64,000 bases of DNA, taken from NCBI GenBank assembly GCA_965262115.1, contig OZ253496.1, positions 1,792,001 through 1,856,000 on the forward strand, in the 5' to 3' direction. Below the pieces are notes generated by a model, which did not search any database, was not told the origin of the DNA, and saw only the letters and a program-made list of their open reading frames with translations. The translations under genes and the position numbers were made by a program. The DNA is from Nitrospinales bacterium. Its GTDB lineage: Bacteria > Nitrospinota > Nitrospinia > Nitrospinales > VA-1. Positions 27,389 to 38,100 of the stretch are shown here, one piece after another (within the stretch, counting starts at the first letter, position 1; every line of letters starts with the position of its first letter).

Positions 27389-28246
27389 CTAACTCCCTCC
27401 CACAGGCGTGGATGTGTACCCAAAACTTTTGTGATATTCCGCATCGATAACACTCAACCTGCCGTGTTGAGGGTATTCCAAATATTCTTTATGGATTTTG
27501 TCGAAATTGTTGCCGGTATCCGGAACACTTTTTAATTCCAGAAACCGGGTTTCGACCGGGTCGCGCCGGAGAAGTTTTAAAGTGGACGCGTCGAGCGGGG
27601 TGTCCAGTTTTTCCAAGGCGGTCAGAGGCTCCACACCTTCCGACATGATGTCCTTGATTTCTTCTTCTATAGAATCTTTTCTTTCCTGATGCCGGGCGTG
27701 AGGGTAATCGGCCTGGGAAAAAATCATGAAATCCAGATCAAGCCAGTAGTTGTTGATGAAGTCATCGAAGTTAACTTCCACTGCGTTGCTCAAATGAATG
27801 TCGCGGGAATTACCAGGGTCGTTCCGAATCAGGTCGTTGTAAACCTGAACGATATTGTGGACGGAATCATAGAGCACGGCCCAGTGATAGGTGTTGACCG
27901 ATTCGTGAGTGCGAAACGAATCCATCGCCTTGACGAGAACAACCAAAGCGAAATGCATGTCCTCCATTTTTAGAAAGGCCGATGACCAGGGAAACCGGCT
28001 TTTGTACCATTGATCGACATCGGCGGGGTATTCCTGCCTCGAAGAGTCTGCTGGCGGTCGACAATCGTTATCGACAAAATTCATAATATCGTCGAGTTCC
28101 TTGTAGGCCAGGTCCAGCCCCGCCCGCACTATCGTGTAGGGAAACAGTTTGCGCTGGTATTCCATATACTGTTTCAATTCAGGCAGCTTGTCTTCCAGTG
28201 CGTGCCGGTGGTCGCGTTGACTGATATCTTTTGCGAAGATCAACAT
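27389..28246 (-). CDS. Hypothetical protein
   Basis: 285-aa ORF with natural composition; AGGA RBS upstream. Confidence 0.7.
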   Translation of the reverse strand: MLIFAKDISQRDHRHALEDKLPELKQYMEYQRKLFPYTIVRAGLDLAYKELDDIMNFVDNDCRPPADSSRQEYPADVDQWYKSRFPWSSAFLKMEDMHFALVVLVKAMDSFRTHESVNTYHWAVLYDSVHNIVQVYNDLIRNDPGNSRDIHLSNAVEVNFDDFINNYWLDLDFMIFSQADYPHARHQERKDSIEEEIKDIMSEGVEPLTALEKLDTPLDASTLKLLRRDPVETRFLELKSVPDTGNNFDKIHKEYLEYPQHGRLSVIDAEYHKSFGYTSTPVGGS

Positions 28247-28266
28247 AGTTTGATTATTTCCTTTGG

Positions 28267-28713
28267 TTATTTTTTCCCGGGATCAAAGCGCTGGGCGAAC
28301 ATTTTCAGCATATTCATTTTTTCCTCATCGCTCATGCCCTCAATCATTTTGTGGGCTTCGGCTAATTTTTCCGGTGTCATTTCTCCCATCGCGTTCTTGG
28401 CGGCTTCCTGAAACCCTTTCAGGTTGGCGGCACCCTTGATCCATGAAAACTCGTCGGAGGCCGGAGCATTATCGTCTGGGACCTTGAAATCAATTTTCTC
28501 CCGCGAGCGGAACTCAAGATAGTTGCCCGTGATTTTGCCGAAAATCTGTTCATCCTGAAGTTTGTCCAAAACATCCGACAACGAGGTCCCGTGTTTTTTA
28601 CAGGCGTCATAAACCGGCTTGAAAGGCAGGCGGACAATCTTCTCCGGAAACCCGTTCTTGCGAATGGAGTGCTTGATGCTTTCTTCAGCAGGATTAGATT
28701 CAGTTTCGCTCAT
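28267..28713 (-). CDS. Hypothetical protein
   Basis: 148-aa ORF co-oriented with the downstream gene. Confidence 0.7.
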   Translation of the reverse strand: MSETESNPAEESIKHSIRKNGFPEKIVRLPFKPVYDACKKHGTSLSDVLDKLQDEQIFGKITGNYLEFRSREKIDFKVPDDNAPASDEFSWIKGAANLKGFQEAAKNAMGEMTPEKLAEAHKMIEGMSDEEKMNMLKMFAQRFDPGKK

Positions 28714-28802
28714 GTTCGTTCTTAGGATACCTCAGGATTGGATTGGGTTTTTTCAAGGGTATAGTATAATCTATAGATACCCAAAACACCCATTCATATA
28801 TT

Positions 28803-30548
28803 ATGGCTAAAGCCACAAAAAAAACTGCCAAGCCAAAGAAGACGGTTCCCGATCAGGGAATCTCCCTTCGCCTTGCGTTGGCCCAGGTTAACGGACTGGT
28901 CGGGGGATTCGAGGCCAATGCCAAGAAGGTGGAATCGGCTTGCGCCACAGCCCTGAAAATGGGCGCCGATGTGGTGCTGTTCCCGGAACTGATGGTCACC
29001 GGTTACCCCCCGGAAGATTTACTGCTGAAAAAAAGTTTTATCAAAGATTGCCAACAAACTTTAAAAAAAATCGCTCCCTGCACACGTGGTCTGACAGCCG
29101 TGATCGGATTCGCCGAACGACAAGGCAAACACCTTTATAACTCCGCCGCCCTGATACACGATGGCAAGCATGTGGCAACGGCGCGCAAAATGCTCCTGCC
29201 CAATTATGGCGTGTTCGATGAGAAACGCTACTTCACCGAAGGCGACGAACCCCTGCGCTTTTCTTTGAAAGGAGTGCAAATTGGACTGACCATCTGCGAA
29301 GACATCTGGGAAGAATCGGGACCGGGTAAAACTTTAAGCAAACATATCGACCTTCTGCTCAATATCTCTTCCTCGCCTTACCACAAAGGCAAGGGCAAAG
29401 CCCGACGGCAAATGATCATCAAACGCGCCAAAAGTTATAAATGCCCGATCGCCTATGTCAACTTGGTCGGCGGACAGGACGAACTGGTGTTCGACGGCGA
29501 GAGCCTGGTGGTGGACGCTAAAGGAAAAATCATCACACAGGGAAACTCCTTTGAAGAAGAAATCATTTTTGCCGACGTGACCTTGTCGCCGAAATCAAAT
29601 AAGACCAAGGCTTCGGGAATTAACAGCGTCAAGGCCCCTGCATCGTTATCGAAAGAAAAAGCAAAAAAAGTTCCAGCACTTCCCGCGCATACCTATCAGG
29701 ATAGGTCGGAAGAGGAAGAAGTTTATTCAGCTCTGGTGCTGGGCACCCGCGACTATATTCACAAAAACGGATTCTCCAAAGTGGTTCTGGGTTTGAGCGG
29801 CGGCATTGACTCATCGCTCACTGCCGCCATAGCGGTAGGGGCATTGGGCGTCGAAAACGTAATTGGTGTGCTGATGCCGTCTCTGTATTCTTCCCAAGGC
29901 AGTATCGACGATTCCAAAGCGCTGGCGAAAAACCTGGGGATAAAAAAGTACATCTTTCCCATCGTCGGGGCCATGAAGGCTTACGAATACACCCTGAAAA
30001 AATTATTCAAAGATACAGAATCCGGTCTGGCAGAAGAGAACCTGCAAGCCCGCATTCGCGGCAATATATTGATGGCGCTGTCCAACAAATTCGGCTGGAT
30101 GGTGCTGACCACCGGCAACAAATCGGAAGTCAGTGTCGGTTACTGCACGCTCTATGGCGATATGGCGGGTGGATTCGCCGTGATCAAAGACGTGCCGAAA
30201 ATCCTCGTCTATAAACTTTCTCATTGGCTCAACGAAGAAACAGAAATCATTCCCAACAATGTTCTCACCAAAGAACCCTCGGCGGAACTTCGGCCCGATC
30301 AAAAAGACACCGATTCTCTACCGCCTTACGACCTGCTCGACCTGGTTTTGTTGCGTTATATCGAAGAAGATTTGTCGGTCGACGAAATAAAGGTGGACGG
30401 ACTTCCCAAATCTGAAATCCAGCGCATCGCACGACTGGTGGATCTTAATGAATACAAACGTCGGCAGGGTCCCCCGGGCGTAAAAATCACCCCCAAAGCC
30501 TTCGGCAAAGACAGACGTCTGCCGGTGACTAACCGTTACAAACTCTAA
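28803..30548 (+). CDS. nadE: Glutamine-dependent NAD+ synthetase
   Basis: Nitrilase domain FPEL..GYPPEDLL, LPNYGVFDEKRYF, ICEDIW; synthetase GLSGGIDS, ENLQARIRG, TTGNKSE, PSAELRPDQKD. Confidence 0.97.
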   Translation: MAKATKKTAKPKKTVPDQGISLRLALAQVNGLVGGFEANAKKVESACATALKMGADVVLFPELMVTGYPPEDLLLKKSFIKDCQQTLKKIAPCTRGLTAVIGFAERQGKHLYNSAALIHDGKHVATARKMLLPNYGVFDEKRYFTEGDEPLRFSLKGVQIGLTICEDIWEESGPGKTLSKHIDLLLNISSSPYHKGKGKARRQMIIKRAKSYKCPIAYVNLVGGQDELVFDGESLVVDAKGKIITQGNSFEEEIIFADVTLSPKSNKTKASGINSVKAPASLSKEKAKKVPALPAHTYQDRSEEEEVYSALVLGTRDYIHKNGFSKVVLGLSGGIDSSLTAAIAVGALGVENVIGVLMPSLYSSQGSIDDSKALAKNLGIKKYIFPIVGAMKAYEYTLKKLFKDTESGLAEENLQARIRGNILMALSNKFGWMVLTTGNKSEVSVGYCTLYGDMAGGFAVIKDVPKILVYKLSHWLNEETEIIPNNVLTKEPSAELRPDQKDTDSLPPYDLLDLVLLRYIEEDLSVDEIKVDGLPKSEIQRIARLVDLNEYKRRQGPPGVKITPKAFGKDRRLPVTNRYKL

Positions 30549-30764
30549 ATTTTTAACTATGTTGGTGTGCTTTTAGTGCATGCAAGGCCCAAATGAGGAG
30601 CAGGGAGAACCGCATAGCTGTTTGAGATGCTCAGGTTTATTTGAAGAATAGATATATGGTATAACCTTTATAATTACCTTGGCCTGACGGCAAACACTTG
30701 ATCCAATTGGTATGAGGGCGTTCTATTTTAATAAAGAAATAATCTTGTATAGTTTTAGAATATT

Positions 30765-31967
30765 ATGCCAAAGATCAATTCAGATATACTTCGCTGGGCT
30801 CGCGAGACTGCTGGACTGACACACGAAGAAGCAGCTAAAAAGCTTAGTCTTGGGGAGGTAAAAGGCGTAACCGGCATTGAAAGGCTCAAAGCACTGGAAT
30901 CCGGAACCGAGCCGACGCGACCGATGTTAGTAAAGATGGCAAAACAATATCGGCGACCGCTCTTAACCTTTTACATGTCTGCCTCGCCTCGAAAAGGAGA
31001 TAGGGGTCAAGATTTTCGTACCCTTCCCCCAGATCATTCCGACACTGATGATGCGTTGCTAGACGCTCTAATTCGAAACGTACAAGCAAGGCAAAGCTTA
31101 ATTCGTGCTGCCCTAGAAGATGAAGAAAATGTTGGACCATTACCATTTGTTGGGTCAGTAAAAATAGAGGATGGTCTGCCCACAATTCTTCACTCTCTCC
31201 GGGAAGTTACTCAGATTGAATTAACCACCTTTCGAGAACGAATTAGTCCGGAAGATGCGTTTGCATTTCTCCGGTCAAGGGTAGAGGCTGCAGGCGTATT
31301 TGTCCTACTAATAGGTAACCTAGGAAGCCACCACACTTCGATTGGACTAGAGACCTTTAGAGGATTCGCTCTGGCAGATAATATTACTCCATTTATCGTC
31401 ATTAATGATCAAGATTCTAGGGCAGCATGGTCTTTTACCCTTCTGCACGAGCTAGCCCATATCTGTTTGGGCCAAACCGGGGTAAGTGGTTCATGTGTAG
31501 AGGAGGAAATCGAAAAATTTTGCAACGATGTAGCGGTCGAATTCCTTCTACCCGGTGAAGAATTAATTGAAATAAATATTTCGAAGAATCTTAAAGAAAC
31601 AGAAAGCACCATAAGTGAATTTGCAAGGGCTAGGAACCTAAGTAGTTCTATGGTTGCCTATAAACTTTTCCGTAATGGGTTGATTGATCAAGATACATGG
31701 TTTCGCCTAAGTGAAACTTTTAAGAAATGGTGGTTTGAAGGACAGTCGGCAAAACGGAGTGCAGCCAAAAAAAAGGAAGGTGGGCCAAATTACTATGTTG
31801 TGAAAAGTCACAGAATTGGAGCTTCTCTGATTTCACTTGTTAAACGCATGATGTCAGGAGGTGCGCTTACAACTACTAAGGCCGGACAAATATTAGGTGT
31901 TAAGGCTAAGAATGTACAGACACTCATTGATACTTTAGCGTCTAGTGGCGCAAGCCGAGTGGGCTAG
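30765..31967 (+). CDS. XRE-HTH plus ImmA/IrrE (COG2856) metallopeptidase
   Basis: LRWARETAGLTHEEAAKKL HTH; FRGFAL; FTLLHELAH (HExxH); EKFCNDVAVEFLLP. Confidence 0.9.
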   Translation: MPKINSDILRWARETAGLTHEEAAKKLSLGEVKGVTGIERLKALESGTEPTRPMLVKMAKQYRRPLLTFYMSASPRKGDRGQDFRTLPPDHSDTDDALLDALIRNVQARQSLIRAALEDEENVGPLPFVGSVKIEDGLPTILHSLREVTQIELTTFRERISPEDAFAFLRSRVEAAGVFVLLIGNLGSHHTSIGLETFRGFALADNITPFIVINDQDSRAAWSFTLLHELAHICLGQTGVSGSCVEEEIEKFCNDVAVEFLLPGEELIEINISKNLKETESTISEFARARNLSSSMVAYKLFRNGLIDQDTWFRLSETFKKWWFEGQSAKRSAAKKKEGGPNYYVVKSHRIGASLISLVKRMMSGGALTTTKAGQILGVKAKNVQTLIDTLASSGASRVG

Positions 31968-31971
31968 AGCA

Positions 31972-32475
31972 GTGCTATATTTTTTAGACGCAAATGTTCT
32001 AATTGACGCAAACCGAGATTATTATCCTATAAGTCGTGTTCCCGAATTTTGGGAAGGGCTGTTAAATATAGGAAAGAACGGTCATGTGAAAATTCCACTC
32101 GAGGTCTATGAAGAAATCAAGGAGGGAAAAGATGCTCTTGCTATGTGGGCTAAATAACCCGAAACCGAGGCAGCATTATTATTAAAGGAGGAGGTTGAAG
32201 TTTCTCTGGTTTCTAGGATAATAGACAATGAATATGTACCCGATCTGAGTGATGATGAAGTTGAGAAAATTGGTCGTGACCCGTTTCTTATTGCATATGC
32301 TTTAGTGTCGAAAGAAGAAAGGTCCATTGTAACAACTGAAGTTTCAAAGCCTAAAGCTCAAAGGGCAAATCGCCATGTACCTGATGTTTGCAATGGGCTT
32401 GGCGTAACTTGGTGTGATACGTTTGAATTTGTCCGAGCCTTGAATTTTAGAACTGGTTGGGAAACCGATACCTGA
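31972..32475 (+). pseudogene. DUF4411 PIN-like protein with internal TAA
   Basis: LYFLDANVLIDA..YY..PEFW..EVYEEI; TAA at 32155-32157; frame continues DPFLIAYAL..IVTTEVS..HVPDVC. Confidence 0.8.
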
Positions 32476-32641
32476 TCTAAAATTAGGGTTGAATCCACTC
32501 CTTGCCTCCTGCCAAACTAGTCTCCCTTTAACGATCCATTGCCAATTGCACCTCACCCATTGAGGGTGGTAGAATCGGATTAAGGATCAAAATATCGTTT
32601 TTCTCATGTATGAAATGAGTTGAATTTTTGGAGAGTTCGCT

Positions 32642-33307
32642 ATGAAAAAGATTGGTGTGGTGCTTTCGGGATGTGGGGTGTATGACGGGGCGGAGATCCA
32701 CGAGTCGGTCATCACTCTTCTGGCGATCGACCGGGCGGGTGCCCAGGCGGTGTGCATGGCCCCCAATGTCGATCAGATGCATGTGGTCAACCATCTCACC
32801 GGCGAAGAAGCCGCCGGAGAAAAACGTAATGTTTTAGTTGAGACGGCACGTATTGCCCGGGGCGAGATCAAAGATATCGCTACAGTCAAAGCGGATGATA
32901 TTGACGCGCTGGTGTTCCCCGGTGGATTTGGCGCGGCAAAAAATCTCTCCAGCTTCGCGGTCAAAGGCGAGAACTGCGACGTCCACCCGGAAGTGATGCG
33001 GCTGGTGAAAGAGTTCGCCGCCAAAAAAAAACCGCAGGCGGTGTTGTGCATCGCCCCGGCCATGATGGCGAAAATTTATGAGGACGCACCCAAAAAACCC
33101 ACTCTGACCATCGGTAACGACAAGGAATGCAGTGGCAAGATCGAAATGATGGGCAGCAAACATCAGGAATGCGCCACCACTGATTTTGTGCTGGATGCGG
33201 AGAATAAAATCGTCTCGACCCCGGCCTATATGACAGGGCAAAGCATCTCGGAAGTGGCCGAAGGCATTGAAAAAACCATAAATAAGCTAGTCGAGATGAC
33301 GCCTTGA
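32642..33307 (+). CDS. elbB: ElbB/ES1 glyoxalase (DJ-1/PfpI superfamily)
   Basis: VLSGCGVYDGAEIHE, RNVLVETARIARG, PGGFGAAKNL, CIAP, STPAYM. Confidence 0.95.
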   Translation: MKKIGVVLSGCGVYDGAEIHESVITLLAIDRAGAQAVCMAPNVDQMHVVNHLTGEEAAGEKRNVLVETARIARGEIKDIATVKADDIDALVFPGGFGAAKNLSSFAVKGENCDVHPEVMRLVKEFAAKKKPQAVLCIAPAMMAKIYEDAPKKPTLTIGNDKECSGKIEMMGSKHQECATTDFVLDAENKIVSTPAYMTGQSISEVAEGIEKTINKLVEMTP

Positions 33308-33414
33308 TTTATTGAAAAGATAACACCCCGGAAGGTCAATCACCCCAGCCCCTCTTTGATAAAGAGAGCTTTGCGGAAGTCGAAAAAAAACAGAAAAAGG
33401 AAGAGGACATCACA

Positions 33415-33452
33415 TACTCCTTTGGGGCATGAAGTTTATAAAAAAATATTAT
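33415..33452 (+). repeat. R38 element, degenerate (preceded by a 3' half copy at 33399-33413)
   Basis: TACTCCTTTGGGGCATGAAG... Confidence 0.65.
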
Positions 33453-33568
33453 CCGTATCACTGATTTCCAGAAACGAAACCCCAATATCATAATGGGAGT
33501 CAAACTTTTCTACCCGTGCCATATGCCGAGCGTTTTTCCACCAAAGTCGGAGCCATAAAACCGGTTTA

Positions 33569-34933
33569 TCAAACAATTTCAAGAACTTGAAGATTGGTCA
33601 GCGCTGTAGATTTTTGCAGGGCATCTTCCCCTCTGGGGCTCAGCTTGCTACCCGCTACGTTTAAAAAATGCAGGCCGGAGAGTGGGTGGGAATTGGCCAG
33701 ATAAATTGCGCCTTCATCGCCAATGGCATTCAAGGCGAGTACCAACCGGCGGAGGCTGGACAAATTTTTGGACTCGGCAATTGCCTTGGTACCTTGTGCA
33801 TGAATCCAGTTTTCGTTTTCCAGGTATAAAGATTCCAATTGAGTCAGGGTGGTAGAACAGGCCAACGCCGTGGCCCCCTGGTCGGCAATATTATTGTTGT
33901 TCAGTCGCAAAGATTTCAAGCTGGCGCAATGAGGGGATTGCGCCAAGGCCTCTGCTCCCTTGTGGCCGATTTTATTCTCGCCGAGATCCAGCGTTTCGAT
34001 ATTTTTCATATTTGCGGATTCCGCCAGCGCCTTCACTCCCTCGGCACGAAGATCGTTGTTATTCAGGTCCAGTGTTTTAAGTTGAGTGATCGATTTAGAG
34101 GTGGAAAGGGAAATGGCGCTATCGGTGGTCAATCCGTTATTGTGCATGATCAGGGTTTCGAGTTTTGCAAACATGGGAGACTCGGCCATGGCATAGACTC
34201 CATCATCTTCAAGATGGTTGTTGTTCAGAATCAAAACTTTGAGGTTTGGAAACACCTGCGACCGCGCCAGAGCCTCCATTCCTTCATGGGTCAAACTATT
34301 ATCGGAAAGATCAACCGTGAGGATCTTTTTAAGAGGGGGTGTCTGCATTAAAAAATTTAAACCCTCATCACCAATCCCCGTGTCGCGAAGATTGATATCG
34401 GTTATTTGGCGGCCAAGTTTTGAGTCGGCAAGCGATTTAATGCCAAGTGGTTCCAGACGGTTGTAAGAAAGGTTCAACCGCTCCAGATTGTTCATGCCCT
34501 CTGCCAAAGAAAGAACCTTGGCCCCTAGCACGCCGATTTCGTTGCTGGATAAACTCAAGTCTTTCAGGAGCGTCAGTGCCCGGCACTTGGAAAGGAAGAA
34601 TAAGGCCTCGTCGTCGAGATTATTGTTGGCCAGCGAAAGGTTTTCCAGATTGCGAAAACAGGCGGAAGCGCTGAGCGATTGCAGTCCGCTAGAATTCAAA
34701 CCTGTTTGTTCAAGATTCAGGGAAGAAAGAGATTTAAGAGGGCTGGCTCCGGCGATGATTTTGAAATCCTCTTCTTTAAGCTGACAACCTAAAAGATTCA
34801 GAGATTTTTTGTCGAAACTCAACTTCTCCCGGATGAGAGTACCGAGGTCGGAGTTCTCGGTGTTTTTTTCAAAATACCGGAGGAACTCCAAGCTGTTGTC
34901 AATGTCTTTCGCTTCCGCCATAACAAGATACAA
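33569..34933 (-). CDS. Leucine-rich repeat protein (RI/GALA-like 28-aa repeats)
   Basis: About 13-14 repeats of LxxLxLxxNxIGxxGAxALAxS. Confidence 0.9.
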   Translation of the reverse strand: MYLVMAEAKDIDNSLEFLRYFEKNTENSDLGTLIREKLSFDKKSLNLLGCQLKEEDFKIIAGASPLKSLSSLNLEQTGLNSSGLQSLSASACFRNLENLSLANNNLDDEALFFLSKCRALTLLKDLSLSSNEIGVLGAKVLSLAEGMNNLERLNLSYNRLEPLGIKSLADSKLGRQITDINLRDTGIGDEGLNFLMQTPPLKKILTVDLSDNSLTHEGMEALARSQVFPNLKVLILNNNHLEDDGVYAMAESPMFAKLETLIMHNNGLTTDSAISLSTSKSITQLKTLDLNNNDLRAEGVKALAESANMKNIETLDLGENKIGHKGAEALAQSPHCASLKSLRLNNNNIADQGATALACSTTLTQLESLYLENENWIHAQGTKAIAESKNLSSLRRLVLALNAIGDEGAIYLANSHPLSGLHFLNVAGSKLSPRGEDALQKSTALTNLQVLEIV

Positions 34934-34999
34934 TTAGTTAATATGAAGCGGATTATACCCCGGCGTAGCCGCCGGTAGCAATAGGGCAGTGATACCCCT

Positions 35000-35085
35000 G
35001 TGGAGCCAATGAACAATGACGTTAAAAGCTAGCAGCAGATTAGCTCGGCCCGATGGCCATTGCTCATTGGCCCCACGCTAAGTGG
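35000..35085. repeat. Family-B element with both terminal inverted arms
   Basis: GTGGAGCCAATGAACAATG ... CATTGCTCATTGGCCCCACGCTAAGTGG. Confidence 0.7.
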
Positions 35086-35168
35086 CCGCCGGTTAGCAAT
35101 GTGCAATGAATTTATGTCTTGGGCGGTCGCGTAGTGTTACCGCCTTATTGCCAGCGGTGGTTACTCCG

Positions 35169-38100
35169 CTAGTTGAAGTGGACGGAGACTGCTTTGGAGA
35201 CACCCTGTTCTTCCATGGTGATGCCGTAGAGGGCATTGGCAAAAGACATAGTTTTTTGGTTGTGGGTGATGATAATGAATTGTGTGTTAACAGCCATTTC
35301 CTTGAGCATTTCCTGGAAACGGACCACATTGGCTTCATCCAGCGGGGCATCCACTTCATCCAGCAGGCAGAAGGGGCTGGGCCGGACTTTGAATACCGCA
35401 AACATCAGGGCGATGGCGGTCATGGCTTTTTCTCCTCCAGACATCAAAGCCAGGCTTTGCAGACTTTTTCCTAAAGGATTGGCGGTGATTTCAATTCCTG
35501 AATCGATAGGGTTGGTCTCGTCAACCAGGGTCAAGTTTGCTTTTCCTCCTTGAAATAGACGCGCAAAAATTTCCTTGAAATTTACGTTCACCAATTCGAA
35601 GGTATCGAGAAACCGTTGTTTGGTGGTGCGGTTTATTTTTTCAATAGTTGAATGGAGTAGTTCGATGGACTCGGCCAGATCGTCCTGCTGTTTTTTCAGG
35701 AAGGTGTAGCGCTCGTTGGTTTTTTCAAAATCCGAAAGCGCGGCCAGATTGACCTCACCTAATTTTGCCACCTTTTCCTTGAGTTCTTTAATCTGCTCGT
35801 CCGTTTCGCTCTCATCAATGGTTTCGTCGTAGGCCGACTGTAACTCTTCCTGTGTTGCGTTAAAGTCTTCGTAAGCGCGTTCTTCCAGGCGGGCGGTTTG
35901 CAGGCGGTTTTCAGATCGCTTGATTTCAATTTGAGAAAGGGTTTCGGTGATTTCCTGAATTTTTCGGGAAAGTTCGCGGATGTCCTGCTCCATACCCTTT
36001 TGATCCTCTTCCTTCTGTCGCAGAGACTCTTCTTCCTGAGCGGCTGTTTCGGTCAGCTGATCTTTCTCGCGGGAAAGTTTGAGGACATTACTTTCCAGGG
36101 TTGAAATTTCGCCTTCAATTTCAGTAATTCTGTTCTGGTTGGAAACGCGGTCCGACTCGCGCCTTTCAATTTGCTGTTTCAGGTTTTGTTGCTGAAGTTC
36201 CAGTCGCTTGATTTCTGTGAGTGTGTTTTCCCGCCGACCGATCAGCGATGCGATCAGAACTTTGAGTCGGCTGATCTCGGATGAAATTTCCTCAAGGCCG
36301 GACCGGCTCTGTTCCAGTTCCTCCCGATGGCCGGTTAAAAGCGCTTCTTCCTCAATCCTTTTTTGCTCGGCCGACTCCAATTGCTGGTTTAGTGAAGATT
36401 TTTCTGCGACCAGTTTTTCTCTTTCCATGTCTATGGCTGAAATTTCCTTGTCAATGGAGGAATTTTTGCTGCCAAGACGTTCTGCTTCCTGGCGCGATTG
36501 TTCCAGATCGCGGAGTTTGTTATTCGTTGCGATTTCGTCGGTATGGGTTTGCTGGCCCAGTTGCCTCAGGTTGGACTCAAGTTGGGAAAGGCCCTGTTTT
36601 TTGTTTTCGATATTTTCCTGCGAGGCATTCAATTCTTCTTTAATGCTACCGACACTACGGGTGAGAGTTTCTATTTCCCGGTTCCTGGCCAGCAGACTTG
36701 AGGAATTATTTTCCAGTGAGCCTCCGGTGACGAATCCGTTAGCGTCAATCATTTCTCCGTTCAAGGTGACAACGGTTCCATGAAACTCCGGTTCCTGATG
36801 CATCTCCATGGCGACATCCATATCCTGAACAATGACAACGCTTTTCAGTAGCAATTCGATAACAGGTCGATACTCTTCCTGACATTCGACAAAGTTGAGG
36901 GCCTTGCCCACGATTCCCTGTGTGCCATTCATATGAAGAGGTGCGGAAGGAGTTGCTTTCGGATTGAGAGGAGCGAACAGACCCCGACCTGACTGATGAT
37001 TCTTAAGATAGCCGATGGCCTCCAGCGAATCGGAATAGGAATTGACAATAACGCTTTGCAGTTTTTCACCCAGGGCTGTTTCGATGGCCACTTCATACTC
37101 CGCTGGCGTTTGTAACACATCGACCAGCACTTCCCGGATTCCCGGAATGCGTTCGCCGTTTTGTTTGTTCATAAGAGATTTAACACCCTCATGAAACCCC
37201 TCAAACTGGCTTCTCAGTTTTTCCAATGTGCCGAGAAGGGAGGCTTTATGAAAATAGTCCTCTTTTTTGGAGCTATGACGGTCTGTTTCAGCTTGGAGTT
37301 GTTGCGAGTAAGAGGTGGTTTCCTGCCGCAATGTCTCTTGCTGTTCTTTGAAACGCGCAAGCTCCTCGGTTTTCTGCTGGTGTTCTGATTCTCTTTGCTC
37401 CATGCCCGACTGGTTTTCCTGAATTTGGCGATGGACTTCTTCTTTTTCTGTCACCAGTTTTTTCTGTCCGGTTTCCAATCCCTGGATACGGGTATCCAGA
37501 GCGGTCATCTGGTTTTTTGAATGGGCTGTTTGCTGGAATAAGTTGTGAACATTTTTTTCGCCACTGAGAACTTGCTCCTGAATTTCCTGCAACGCATCCC
37601 GTTTCTGCTCGTTTTCGGTTTTGCGTTGATCCAGCACAATTTCCTGCTCGTTGATCTCCTGTGAGGTGGCAGAAAGGTTTTGCCTTTCGTTTTCGATCTG
37701 GTTTGTCAGGCCGCTAATTTCCCCTTCCATCTGGGAAATTTCTCCTGTGGCGGATTCGATGTCCGTTTCTGCTTCAGATTTCTGCTCTTTTTTGAAAGCA
37801 ATGCTTTGTTCGCTGTTTCCGATTTGAGAGTTCAACTGGTGAATGGTTTCGCGCGCTTCATTCAACCGGCTCAACGATTCTTCGATTTCCACATTGAGTT
37901 GGGCGATTTGATTTTCGAAGGTGGAGAGACGGGCGTTCCACTCGGTTTTCTTTTCTGTTTGTTCCTCTAACTCCGCTTCTATCGTCAGTAGTTGCGATTG
38001 GTAGCGGCGGATTTTGATGGAGAAAAGCTTGAGGGAAAGTTCCTTGACCTCGGCTTTGTGTTTTTTATAGCGTTCCGCCTTGGCGGCCTGGCGCTTTAAC

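Noticed and set aside
34950..35100. Family-B hairpins as integron attC sites
   Set aside because: Occasional GTTAGC ends, but no consistent RYYYAAC/GTTRRRY pairing, no cassette array, no intI, and they flank core genes.
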